Of a DNA stretch of 24,281 bases, positions 16,618-24,281 are shown in pieces (the first letter of the stretch is position 1; every line of letters starts with the position of its first letter). Both the position numbers and the translations under genes were made by a program. Origin of the DNA: Bdellovibrionales bacterium (GTDB lineage Bacteria > Bdellovibrionota > Bdellovibrionia > Bdellovibrionales > Bdellovibrionaceae); contig JANMPT010000109.1 of assembly GCA_031370005.1 (NCBI GenBank), positions 1 through 24,281 of the forward strand, written 5' to 3'. The notes beneath the pieces are model-generated. The model was not told where the DNA came from. It saw nothing but the letters and a program-made list of their open reading frames with translations, and made no database searches.

Positions 16618-18482
16618 GCTCTTGGCGTCTGATTTTCGCCCTTGGGCTGGCGATATTCTTAGTAGGTCTCGAAGTCGAAGTTTGGGTTTTAGTCACGGGA
16701 ATGTTCTTTGTCGCATGGAAGGCCGCCATTGAACTCTGGAAACTACAGAAGCCTCCCCGCTGGTTCACCAACTTTTTAACAGTGATATTTTTGACAATTC
16801 TCATTTTAAAATACAGGACAGTTCTTAGCCAAGAAGCCTCTTCGAGTTTTCTGACTCTACTCACAAGCTTAAAACTTCTTGAAGAGCGCAGCCTGCGCGA
16901 TCAGAAATTTTTATTTCTTTTAGGTTTTGTTCTAATTTCATCTTTGTTTTTATTCTCCATAGAGACTCCCGCCCTGGTCGGTGGACTTTGTTGTTTCTTC
17001 CTGTTATGGAGTGCCCAAAATCAAAAAATCAATTATACTTTGAATTTTTTTAAATCTTTACCATTAGCTTTGCTCTTATTTTTATTTTTTCCACGACTGC
17101 AAAACCCCTTTGGTCTTCAGGGGCTAAGCCCCACCCAAGGGTCCACGGGGTTTTCTGATGAGCTCAATCCAGGAAGTATCTCTAAAATACAAAACTCCAA
17201 AGAAGTCGCATTTCGCGTTCAGTTTAGCGACAATAAAAAATACCGCACTCATGATCAGTACTGGCGTGGCCAGGTCCTGAGTCTCTCGGATGGTCTGCGC
17301 TGGACCAAGGGCAATCCCCCCACTATGGTTAGAACTTTTAAAAAACTCTTGCGGCCTGGCTATGAGGTGACCCTTGAACCCCAAGGAAAAAAATGGATTT
17401 TCGTTTGGGATCCCACCAGTGAAATACAGACAATCCGCTTCCCTTTTGTCTTTAAAAAAGGAAATTACTTCGAGAGCGTGTCCCCAATCTATGAACGCGT
17501 AACATATCAAGGCGAATTTGCCGACGAAACCAGCCCCCAATTCGCGGAAAAATCAGATCTTCAAGTTCCAGAAGTTGCTGAAAGTGTTCGCCAACTTGCC
17601 AACTCTTTTATTGCAAAATCGACAAACCGCGAAGCCCTTGCTGAAAGCATTCTTAGTTATTTTCGGGCGCAGAAGTTTGTATATAGCAAAAATCCCGGGG
17701 GCTTGAGTAATACTTTGGAGAATTTCTTGTTTAAAAGCAAGAAGGGCTACTGTGAGCACTATGCCGCGAGCTTTGCGACCCTCCTACGTCTGGCCCATGT
17801 TCCCGTCCATGTGGTCACTGGGTATCAAGGTGGTGAATTCAACGCCTATGGAAATTTTTGGAAGTTCACCCAATCAGACGCTCATGCGTGGACTGAATAC
17901 ATGAATGAAAATAATCAATGGGTACGCGTAGATCCCACCAGCGTAGTGGCTCCAGAGCGTTTGGAACTTGGTGGAGCATTATTTGAAGATCTCCCCGAAG
18001 AATGGATTGGACAGAACAAAGCCCTAGACTTTTTAAAATCCCGCGACGCTTGGTGGATCCAGGCTCGAGAAAAAGCTCTGCAAAGTCTTGAGAGTCTAAA
18101 CTATGACATGGTGCTGTTCTTGATTAATTTTAACCTCGAAAAACAAAAAGAACTTTTTAGTAAATATATTTATTGGATTGTGAGCCTGGGAGTTTTATTA
18201 TTACTGCCCTTCTTGCTTTATTCCTTCTATCAACGCAAATCTCAAAGTTATGCCGAGTGGTTGCTATGGGAGCTAGAAAAAAAAGCTGAAAAACTAAATC
18301 TGCATCGAGAGTCCTCGGAAACTCTTCGTCACTTTGTCATGAGATGGTCTGCTGAAAAACCCGATCAAAAACTAAGCTTGCTAGCTTTACTCAAAATTTA
18401 CGAAACTGAGGAGTATTCTGTGGCCTCTCCACAGACTTCGCATCAAAAAATCCTTCACCTTTTGAAAGAGCTCACACTCTAG
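16614..18482 (+). CDS. TgpA-like membrane transglutaminase-domain protein (DUF3488 + transglutaminase core)
   Basis: ATGA overlap with DUF58; multi-TM N-terminus with LKLLE, FFPR, TGFSDELNPG, AFRV, YWRG; triad GYCEHYA (Cys), AHAWTE (His), WVRVDPT (Asp). Confidence 0.92.
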   Translation: MSSWRLIFALGLAIFLVGLEVEVWVLVTGMFFVAWKAAIELWKLQKPPRWFTNFLTVIFLTILILKYRTVLSQEASSSFLTLLTSLKLLEERSLRDQKFLFLLGFVLISSLFLFSIETPALVGGLCCFFLLWSAQNQKINYTLNFFKSLPLALLLFLFFPRLQNPFGLQGLSPTQGSTGFSDELNPGSISKIQNSKEVAFRVQFSDNKKYRTHDQYWRGQVLSLSDGLRWTKGNPPTMVRTFKKLLRPGYEVTLEPQGKKWIFVWDPTSEIQTIRFPFVFKKGNYFESVSPIYERVTYQGEFADETSPQFAEKSDLQVPEVAESVRQLANSFIAKSTNREALAESILSYFRAQKFVYSKNPGGLSNTLENFLFKSKKGYCEHYAASFATLLRLAHVPVHVVTGYQGGEFNAYGNFWKFTQSDAHAWTEYMNENNQWVRVDPTSVVAPERLELGGALFEDLPEEWIGQNKALDFLKSRDAWWIQAREKALQSLESLNYDMVLFLINFNLEKQKELFSKYIYWIVSLGVLLLLPFLLYSFYQRKSQSYAEWLLWELEKKAEKLNLHRESSETLRHFVMRWSAEKPDQKLSLLALLKIYETEEYSVASPQTSHQKILHLLKELTL

Positions 18483-18486
18483 AATC

Positions 18487-20112
18487 TTAATGCGATCTCT
18501 TCGAAAGATAATAATCCCAAGTGCCGTCGTAGATCCTAAGTTTATTTTTATCTAGCTCAAACACACGAGTCGTGATTTCACGCAAAAAATGCCGATCATG
18601 GCTTACGATCATCACTGTACCTGGGAAGCTTTTAATCGCCTCAAGTAAAACTTCCCGAGAAACGATGTCCAAATGATTGGTTGGTTCATCCAGAACTAAA
18701 AAATTTACAGGTTTTGCCAAGATTGTTGCCAACACCACGCGACTCTTCTCGCCACCAGATAAGACAGAGATTTTTTTATCAGCCTCATCTCCACTGAATT
18801 TAAAAGCTCCTAAAAGATTTCTCACAAAACCTATACTTGAATTCGGAATACGTGAATGAACTTCCTCTATAATCGTGGCCTTGGGGTCAAGAACATCCAA
18901 GGAGTTTTGACTGAAATACCCCATGGAGATAGAGGCTCCCAGGGCAAACTGCCCGTCAGAAGCTTCAACTTGTCCGGTAATAATTTTAAGCAAAGTGGAT
19001 TTGCCAGCTCCATTGACTCCAACCACAGCGACACGATCCATACGTTTTACAAGAGCTTTAGCATTGGAAAAAACAAGTTTCTCTTTGCCATTGTCTTGCT
19101 TCCAAATTTTTGTAAGACCTTCGAACTTCGCCACCTCATCGCCTCCACGCGGCGGCTCTGCCCATACAAATTTGATGGCCTTTTCTTCATCAGGGATTTC
19201 AATGCGATCAATTTTCTCTAATTTTTTTACTCGCGACTGAACTTGAGCAGCATGGGAGGCTCGTGCTGCAAAACGAGCAATAAATTCTTCTTCTTTTGCC
19301 AGCATATCATCTTGACGTTTTGCCGCAGCGATAAGTTGTTCAAAACGAATTGCTTTTTCTTTTTCATAAAAATCATAGTTGCCACTATAAGTAGTGATGG
19401 CTTTGTTCGCAACCTCAACCACTTTTGAAACCAGTCGATTTAAGAAATCGCGATCATGACTTGTCATTAAAAGTGCACCCTTGAAGTTCGTCAGCCATTC
19501 CTCAAGCCAAACTATAGATTCTAAATCTAAATGATTGGTCGGCTCATCCATTAATAGCACCTCTGGATTTAGAACTAGGATCTTTGCCAGCGCTATACGC
19601 ATCTTCCAGCCACCACTAAAACTCTCAGTGGGGCGATCATGATCCTCAGGCCCAATGCCAAGACCAGTAAGGATCTCGGCCGCTCGTGTATCTAAGTCAT
19701 AACCACCGAGACGTTCAAACTCAGCCAGCGTTTCGCCGTAATTCTCAAGCAGTTTAGTCATCTCGTCATCGCCCATGGGAATCGTAGCTGAATCCTCAAG
19801 TCGCTTCTCATAGTCTTTAAGCTTAGCTGCCAACTCTGGCAGCTTACCTGCTGCGGATTTCACCTCTTCAAGCGCTGAGCGCCCCCTCATTTCCTCAATA
19901 TTTTGAGAAAAATAGCCAATAACTGTTTTATCTGACTTGGAAATCAAGCCCTCGCAGCCTTCTTCACCCGTAATGACCCTAAAAATCGTGGTTTTGCCGG
20001 CTCCATTTGGACCGACGAGACCAATTTTTTCGCCATCATTAATCTGAAAAGACGCATTTTTGTATAAAATCTTACTGCCATATTGTTTAGTAATATTTGA
20101 GAGATGGATCAT
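18487..20112 (-). CDS. ABC-F family ATPase (ribosome-associated)
   Basis: Two ABC domains without TM segments: GPNGAGKT/FSGGW/DEPTNHLD/SHDR and GVNGAGKS/LSGGE/DEPTNHLD/SHDR; linker with YSGNY and QSRVKKLEK. Start at ATG 20112 (MIHLSNITKQYG). Confidence 0.95.
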   Translation of the reverse strand: MIHLSNITKQYGSKILYKNASFQINDGEKIGLVGPNGAGKTTIFRVITGEEGCEGLISKSDKTVIGYFSQNIEEMRGRSALEEVKSAAGKLPELAAKLKDYEKRLEDSATIPMGDDEMTKLLENYGETLAEFERLGGYDLDTRAAEILTGLGIGPEDHDRPTESFSGGWKMRIALAKILVLNPEVLLMDEPTNHLDLESIVWLEEWLTNFKGALLMTSHDRDFLNRLVSKVVEVANKAITTYSGNYDFYEKEKAIRFEQLIAAAKRQDDMLAKEEEFIARFAARASHAAQVQSRVKKLEKIDRIEIPDEEKAIKFVWAEPPRGGDEVAKFEGLTKIWKQDNGKEKLVFSNAKALVKRMDRVAVVGVNGAGKSTLLKIITGQVEASDGQFALGASISMGYFSQNSLDVLDPKATIIEEVHSRIPNSSIGFVRNLLGAFKFSGDEADKKISVLSGGEKSRVVLATILAKPVNFLVLDEPTNHLDIVSREVLLEAIKSFPGTVMIVSHDRHFLREITTRVFELDKNKLRIYDGTWDYYLSKRSH

Positions 20113-20178
20113 GTTGCAGAAGATAAATGCTTTCGCGTCTAGAAGCAAGACGGCGGCTGAATAAAATACAGGTTTCAT

Positions 20179-20205
20179 TATTTTAAGGCGGTTGGCCTGA
20201 AAATA
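20179..20205. promoter_or_regulatory. 11-bp imperfect inverted repeat in the divergent ABC-F / DEAD-box intergenic region
   Basis: TATTTTAAGGC-GGTTG-GCCTGAAAATA, one mismatch. Confidence 0.35.
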
Positions 20206-20239
20206 GTTTAAATTGGCGTTTTCTATTCGAAAGGCTTCT

Positions 20240-22003
20240 ATGCATCCCACTTCCAACTCAGATTCTCCTCAGGCATCTTCTTCATTTGAAACCTATGGCC
20301 TCAGTGAGGCACTCATCAAGGCTATGAATGAGATGGGCTTCACTTCCCCTACTCCAATCCAAGCTCAGGCCATTCCTCTGCTTTTAGGCGAAGCCCAAGA
20401 CATGATTGGCCTTGCCTCTACTGGAACCGGAAAAACGGCAGCCTTCGGTATCCCTCTAATAGAAAAAATTGATGCAAATTCAAAAAGTGTCCAAGGACTT
20501 GTTTTGAGCCCCACTCGTGAGTTGGCAATGCAGGTCTCTGATCAATTGCAAAAGTTAGGAAAATATAAGGGAGTCCGTGTTGTTACCATTTATGGAGGAT
20601 CTAGCTATCGCACTCAATTAGAAGGCGTCAAAAGAGGTGCGCACATTGTTGTGGCAACTCCTGGACGACTTGTTGATTTCTTGGAACAAAAAGCAGTGGC
20701 ACTCAATAACGTAAAAACACTTGTTTTAGATGAAGCCGATGAAATGATCAGTATGGGTTTTAAAGATGATTTAGAGTTTATTTTAAAAAACACCCATAAT
20801 GAAAACTCTGTCGCCTCAGGCCGCGCGGCATGTAAGACCTGGCTGTTTTCAGCAACCATGAGTCGCGACATCCGTCGTGTCGCCGATGCTTACTTGGAAA
20901 AACCACAGATGATTGAGGTGGCAAAAACCCAAGGCATGTCTGATCTCGTTAAACAAAGCTACTACACTGTTAAAGACGAGCATAAAAACGAAGTTATCAG
21001 TCGACTTTTACAAATCCATGACGATTTCCATGGCATCATCTTCTGCCAAACTAAAATGGAAGTGATCGAGCTTGAAGACAAACTTCAACAACGCGGTTTT
21101 TCAGTAGCCTCTCTTCATGGTGACAAACAACAGCGCGAACGCGAAATCACTCTTAAAAAATTCCGTACTGGCGAAACCAAAGTCTTGGTTGCAACAGATG
21201 TTGCTGCTCGTGGATTAGACGTTAAGGATCTTACTCACGTTATCAATCACTCTTTGCCATGGGATGTGGAATCTTACATTCATCGCATCGGTCGTACTGC
21301 CCGCAATGGTAAAGAAGGCTCCGCAATTAGTTTGATCAATCCTCGCCAAGTCAGTTCTCTTCGTCGTCTGCAAAACGTGACCAAGAAGAACTTGGAAAAA
21401 GGCAAAGTTCCCACTGCAGATGAAGTGGCATTGATTCGCCTGCAAAAATTTATGGGCAAATTGGCTGTGGTAATGACCGACGGTCGTAAATACAAAATTG
21501 CACTTCAGATGTTCACTGAGCTGGTACAAAAAGATAAGTCTGGCTTATTAAACCTAGCTTCTCCGGAATTGCTCGCTCGCGTAATCACAGCTCTTCACCC
21601 TGAAATGTTGGCTGAAAAAGATTATGATTTGGACTTCATGAAAGGCGGCCTTGAACAGCGCACAGGCCGTCGTGACGAGGGCGACCGCGAAGGTCGCACT
21701 TTGAGTGGTGGGTATCGCAATGATTCCCGCGGAGGAGGCTACTCAAGCCGTCCTCGACGTGAAAACACTCGCGAGGCTTTTGCTCCTCGACGTGAAAACA
21801 CTCGCGAGGCTTCTGCTCCTCGACGTGAAAATACCCAAGAGGCTTTTGCTCCTCGGCGTGATCGTGGGCCTCGTTTTGACGGTTTTGATTTTGGATCTGG
21901 AGGCAGTGAAAAAAAACCTCGCACCAGCGATCATCCAGGGATCAAGCGCCATCGCAGTGGGAGTAGCATCATAAAGCGCCGACCAGCGACCGACAATCCT
22001 TAG
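20240..22003 (+). CDS. DEAD-box RNA helicase (DeaD/CshA-like) with Arg/Gly-rich repetitive tail
   Basis: Q motif GFTSPTPIQ, TGTGKT, PTRELA, TPGRL, DEAD, SAT, ARGLD, HRIGRTAR. ATG at 20240 preferred as start. Confidence 0.96.
   Translation: MHPTSNSDSPQASSSFETYGLSEALIKAMNEMGFTSPTPIQAQAIPLLLGEAQDMIGLASTGTGKTAAFGIPLIEKIDANSKSVQGLVLSPTRELAMQVSDQLQKLGKYKGVRVVTIYGGSSYRTQLEGVKRGAHIVVATPGRLVDFLEQKAVALNNVKTLVLDEADEMISMGFKDDLEFILKNTHNENSVASGRAACKTWLFSATMSRDIRRVADAYLEKPQMIEVAKTQGMSDLVKQSYYTVKDEHKNEVISRLLQIHDDFHGIIFCQTKMEVIELEDKLQQRGFSVASLHGDKQQREREITLKKFRTGETKVLVATDVAARGLDVKDLTHVINHSLPWDVESYIHRIGRTARNGKEGSAISLINPRQVSSLRRLQNVTKKNLEKGKVPTADEVALIRLQKFMGKLAVVMTDGRKYKIALQMFTELVQKDKSGLLNLASPELLARVITALHPEMLAEKDYDLDFMKGGLEQRTGRRDEGDREGRTLSGGYRNDSRGGGYSSRPRRENTREAFAPRRENTREASAPRRENTQEAFAPRRDRGPRFDGFDFGSGGSEKKPRTSDHPGIKRHRSGSSIIKRRPATDNP
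21752..21861 (+). repeat. Coding 33-bp tandem repeat, ~3.3 copies (PRRENTREAFA)
   Basis: Units start at 21752, 21785, 21818 and 21851 (partial); consensus CCTCGACGTGAAAACACTCGCGAGGCTTTTGCT. Confidence 0.95.
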
Positions 22004-22021
22004 AAATTAGCCTTATAACTT

Positions 22022-22585
22022 TTATTTTTTGCATCGAAAGCCCTTTACTGCGAGCTTTAAGACATCTGGAACCTCATGTTTTTTCGGTTCAATACGTGTG
22101 TCTCTGAAGTACTTTATGGTTTCTAGTACATCGCCACATTTGAACTGGGCTAGCCAAGCGGGGTCTCCATCTTCTGGGTAGTCGGCAAGTTCGCGAAAAT
22201 TGACCCTGACGCCATTGAGTTTAGTTTTTTTGTCGTGCCTTTTTGGCTCCACATCGGCATGAAGAGCATAGTCACCGACACTACCATACCTTATGTGCCA
22301 AATTCCTAAAGAAGATTTTTTACAGGATTTACTTGGTGAAAAACTGACAAGCTCCTGATTTCCGGCTGACCTTAGAGAGTGTACCCCCCAACACTCAGGG
22401 TACAGAATAGATATGTTCGGGTTAAAGCTGTGTGTCCAAATTTTTTGCCCCTTCTGCGGGACAATGTTCTTCCTCGATACGGGGTTTTTTTCTGTTTTTC
22501 CGTGCTCTCTACCAAAAGCAATCGGGAAATATAATAAGACCGCTATCTGTAAAAATGAAACTACCAATTTACTTCTCGTCTTCAT
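22022..22585 (-). CDS. Array protein copy 1: secreted 187-aa 4-Cys protein, possibly PsbP/DcrB-like fold
   Basis: AGGGG SD before ATG 22585; signal peptide ending IAFG; W..SFNPNISILYPECW, KLNG and C-terminal VLKLAVKGF resemble PsbP-like patterns (inference). Confidence 0.85.
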   Translation of the reverse strand: MKTRSKLVVSFLQIAVLLYFPIAFGREHGKTEKNPVSRKNIVPQKGQKIWTHSFNPNISILYPECWGVHSLRSAGNQELVSFSPSKSCKKSSLGIWHIRYGSVGDYALHADVEPKRHDKKTKLNGVRVNFRELADYPEDGDPAWLAQFKCGDVLETIKYFRDTRIEPKKHEVPDVLKLAVKGFRCKK

Positions 22586-22832
22586 GCGAGCCCCTATCCT
22601 GCTTATCCTTATCGTGATCACTATCAAGTTCTTGGATAATGTCTTTGATTTGAGAGATCACTTCTCTTTGACTTAACCAAAAGTCTCCACTAGCTGTGTA
22701 ATCGCGAATCGTCATTCGTTGGATTTCCTCGATGAGCTCATGTAAAGAATGAACGGCTTTTTTAGAATAATTCGAATTTAGTAATTTTTGAATTTTCAAA
22801 AATGATTCCGTTTCTACTTTTATTTTTTGCAT
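22569..22832 (-). CDS. 87-aa array-internal ORF (copy A): small protein or duplicated 3' remnant of an upstream gene
   Basis: Intact frame overlapping the stop of copy 2 and the start of copy 1; conserved between units with several synonymous changes. Confidence 0.5.
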   Translation of the reverse strand: MQKIKVETESFLKIQKLLNSNYSKKAVHSLHELIEEIQRMTIRDYTASGDFWLSQREVISQIKDIIQELDSDHDKDKQDRGSHEDEK

Positions 22833-23386
22833 CGAAAGCCCTTTACTGCGAGCTTTAGGACATCTGGAACCACATGTTTTTTCGGTTCAATACTTTTGTC
22901 TCTGAAGTACCTTATGGTCTCTAGCGCATCGCCACATTTGAACTGGGCCAGCCAAGCGGGGTCTCCATCTTCGGAGTAGTCAACAAGTTCACGGAAGTTT
23001 ACCCTGACTCCATTGAGTTTAATTTTTTTACTGAGTCTTTTCGGCTTCTCATAAGTGCGAGGAGCCTGGTCACCATCATCACCATATACAATGTTCCATC
23101 TTCCTAAAGAAGATTTTTTGCAGAATTCACTTGGAGAAAAACTGACATGCTCTTGGCTTCCGCTGTATCTCATAGAATCCACATCCCAGCACCCAGGATA
23201 AGCAATAGAAATATTAGGGCGGAAACTGTGTACCCAAACACTCCCCCCCCCCTGCCGCGGGACAATGTACATACTCGGTATAGAGTTGCTTCCCGTTTTT
23301 CCAACTTCACTACCAAAAGCAATCGGGAAATAAAATAAGACAGCTATCTGTAAAAATGAAACTACCAATTTACTTCTCATCTTCAT
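22820..23386 (-). CDS. Array protein copy 2 (188 aa, most divergent, contains a G10 tract)
   Basis: Same signal peptide, 4 Cys and C-terminus as copies 1 and 3; ATG at 23386. Confidence 0.85.
   Translation of the reverse strand: MKMRSKLVVSFLQIAVLFYFPIAFGSEVGKTGSNSIPSMYIVPRQGGGSVWVHSFRPNISIAYPGCWDVDSMRYSGSQEHVSFSPSEFCKKSSLGRWNIVYGDDGDQAPRTYEKPKRLSKKIKLNGVRVNFRELVDYSEDGDPAWLAQFKCGDALETIRYFRDKSIEPKKHVVPDVLKLAVKGFRCKK
23243..23252 (-). repeat. Homopolymer G10 on the coding strand within copy 2
   Basis: C10 on the + strand at 23243-23252; reads CAG GGG GGG GGG AGT (QGGGS). Confidence 0.9.
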
Positions 23387-23633
23387 GCGAGCCCCCGTGA
23401 TGTTTATCCTTATCTTGATCACTATCAAGTCCTTGGATAATGTCTTTGATTTGAGAGATCACTTCCCTTTGACTTAACCAGAAATCTCCACTGGCTGCGT
23501 AATCGCGAATCGTCATTCGTTGGATTTCTTCGACGAGCTCTTGTAAAGAATGAACGGCTTTTTTATAATAATTCGAATTTAGTATTTTTTGAGTTTTCAA
23601 AAATGATTCTGCTTCTACTTTTATTTTTTGCAT
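23370..23633 (-). CDS. 87-aa array-internal ORF (copy B)
   Basis: Paralogue of 22569-22832 with the same overlaps at both ends. Confidence 0.5.
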   Translation of the reverse strand: MQKIKVEAESFLKTQKILNSNYYKKAVHSLQELVEEIQRMTIRDYAASGDFWLSQREVISQIKDIIQGLDSDQDKDKHHGGSHEDEK

Positions 23634-24184
23634 CGAAAGCCCTTTACTGCGAGCTTTAAGACATCTGGTATCACATGCTTTTTCGGTTCAATACGTTTGT
23701 CTCTGAAGTATCTTATGGTCTTTAGCGCATCGCCACATTTGAACTGGGCTAGCCAAGCGGGGTCTCCATCTTCGGGGTAGTTAGCAAGTTCACGGAAATT
23801 GACCCTAACTCCATTGAGTTTAATTTTTTTACTGAGTCTTTTTGGCTCCACATAGGCACCAGGAGCATGGTCACCGGCACTACCATACACTATGTACCAT
23901 CTTCCTAAAGAAGATTTTTTGCAGGATTCACTTGGAGAAAAACTGACAAGCTCCTGATTTCCAGCTGACCTTAGAGAAACTATCTCCCAGCACTCAGGGT
24001 ACAGAATAGATATGTTCGGGTTAAAGCTGTGTGTCCAAATTTTTTGCCCCTTCTGTGGGACAATGTTCTTACTCGATACAGAGCTTTTTTCTGCTTTTCC
24101 AACTTCACTACCAAAAGCAATCGGGAAATAAAATAAGACTGCTATCTGTAAAAATGAAACTACCAATTTACTTCTCATCTTCAT
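23621..24184 (-). CDS. Array protein copy 3 (187 aa)
   Basis: ATG at 24184 after AGGGG. By hand count about 30 aa differences from copy 1 and about 41 from copy 2. Confidence 0.85.
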   Translation of the reverse strand: MKMRSKLVVSFLQIAVLFYFPIAFGSEVGKAEKSSVSSKNIVPQKGQKIWTHSFNPNISILYPECWEIVSLRSAGNQELVSFSPSESCKKSSLGRWYIVYGSAGDHAPGAYVEPKRLSKKIKLNGVRVNFRELANYPEDGDPAWLAQFKCGDALKTIRYFRDKRIEPKKHVIPDVLKLAVKGFRCKK

Positions 24185-24281
24185 GTGAGCCCCTGTCATG
24201 TTTATCCTCATCTTGATCACTATCAAGTCCTTGAATAATGTCTTTGATTTGAGAAATCACTTCCTTTTGACTTAACCAGAA
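24168..24281 (-). CDS. Partial third copy of the internal ORF, or the true 3' end of its parent gene, entering from the right edge
   Basis: Reads FWLSQKEVISQIKDIIQGLDSDQDEDKHDRGSHEDEK*. Confidence 0.55.
   Translation of the reverse strand, partial: FWLSQKEVISQIKDIIQGLDSDQDEDKHDRGSHEDEK

Larger units (their letters stand above)
22018..24281 (-). repeat. Tandem array of ~800-bp units: 22018-22815 (798 bp), 22816-23616 (801 bp), 23617-end (partial)
   Basis: Each unit begins on the + strand with ACTTTTATTTTTTGCATCGAAAGCCCTTTACTGCGAGC and is colinear throughout. The array continues beyond the window. Confidence 0.97.

Noticed and set aside
14844..18482. moxR-DUF58-transglutaminase cluster as a novel system
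   Set aside because: This is a widespread, previously described gene triad; nothing atypical was seen.
21752..21861. 33-bp repeats as a mini-CRISPR
   Set aside because: The repeats are contiguous with no spacers and lie in frame within the helicase.
969..21974. Numerous short antisense or alternate-frame ORFs in the track
   Set aside because: They lie within well-supported genes and show no recognisable motifs; treated as shadow ORFs.
22018..24281. Diversity-generating retroelement (TR/VR) as the source of array variation
   Set aside because: Differences are not adenine-restricted (e.g. TGT/TGC, CAC/GTT), span whole genes, and no reverse transcriptase is in the window.
22018..24281. CRISPR array, integron cassette array or IS copies
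   Set aside because: Units are fully homologous coding sequence with no unique spacers, no recognisable attC sites, terminal inverted repeats, transposase, integrase or cas genes.

Overview
Bacterial chromosomal window, most likely from a Bdellovibrionota-like predator. This taxonomy is inferred from the style of the secreted SLT-like and Cys/His-amidase-like proteins and cannot be proven here. From left to right it contains: (i) a lytic-transglycosylase lipoprotein, queF, and a secreted putative peptidoglycan amidase with a translationally coupled secreted partner; (ii) a ~10.4 kb carbohydrate block with a complete ptsG(EIICBA)-ptsH-ptsI PTS, a secreted beta-helix protein, a fungal-type GH15 glucoamylase, a GH35 glycosidase and a stand-alone OpgG/OpgD-like (GH186) lipoprotein; (iii) a second SLT-like protein, DUF962, and a moxR-DUF58-transglutaminase operon; (iv) a divergent ABC-F / DEAD-box helicase pair; (v) a minus-strand tandem array of ~800-bp units (at least 3, running off the window end). 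Each array unit encodes a mosaic, diversifying secreted 4-Cys protein plus an overlapping 87-codon ORF. The two most novel-looking elements are this diversifying array and the glucan-harvesting/PTS block. All calls come from reading motifs by eye; no database searches were run.
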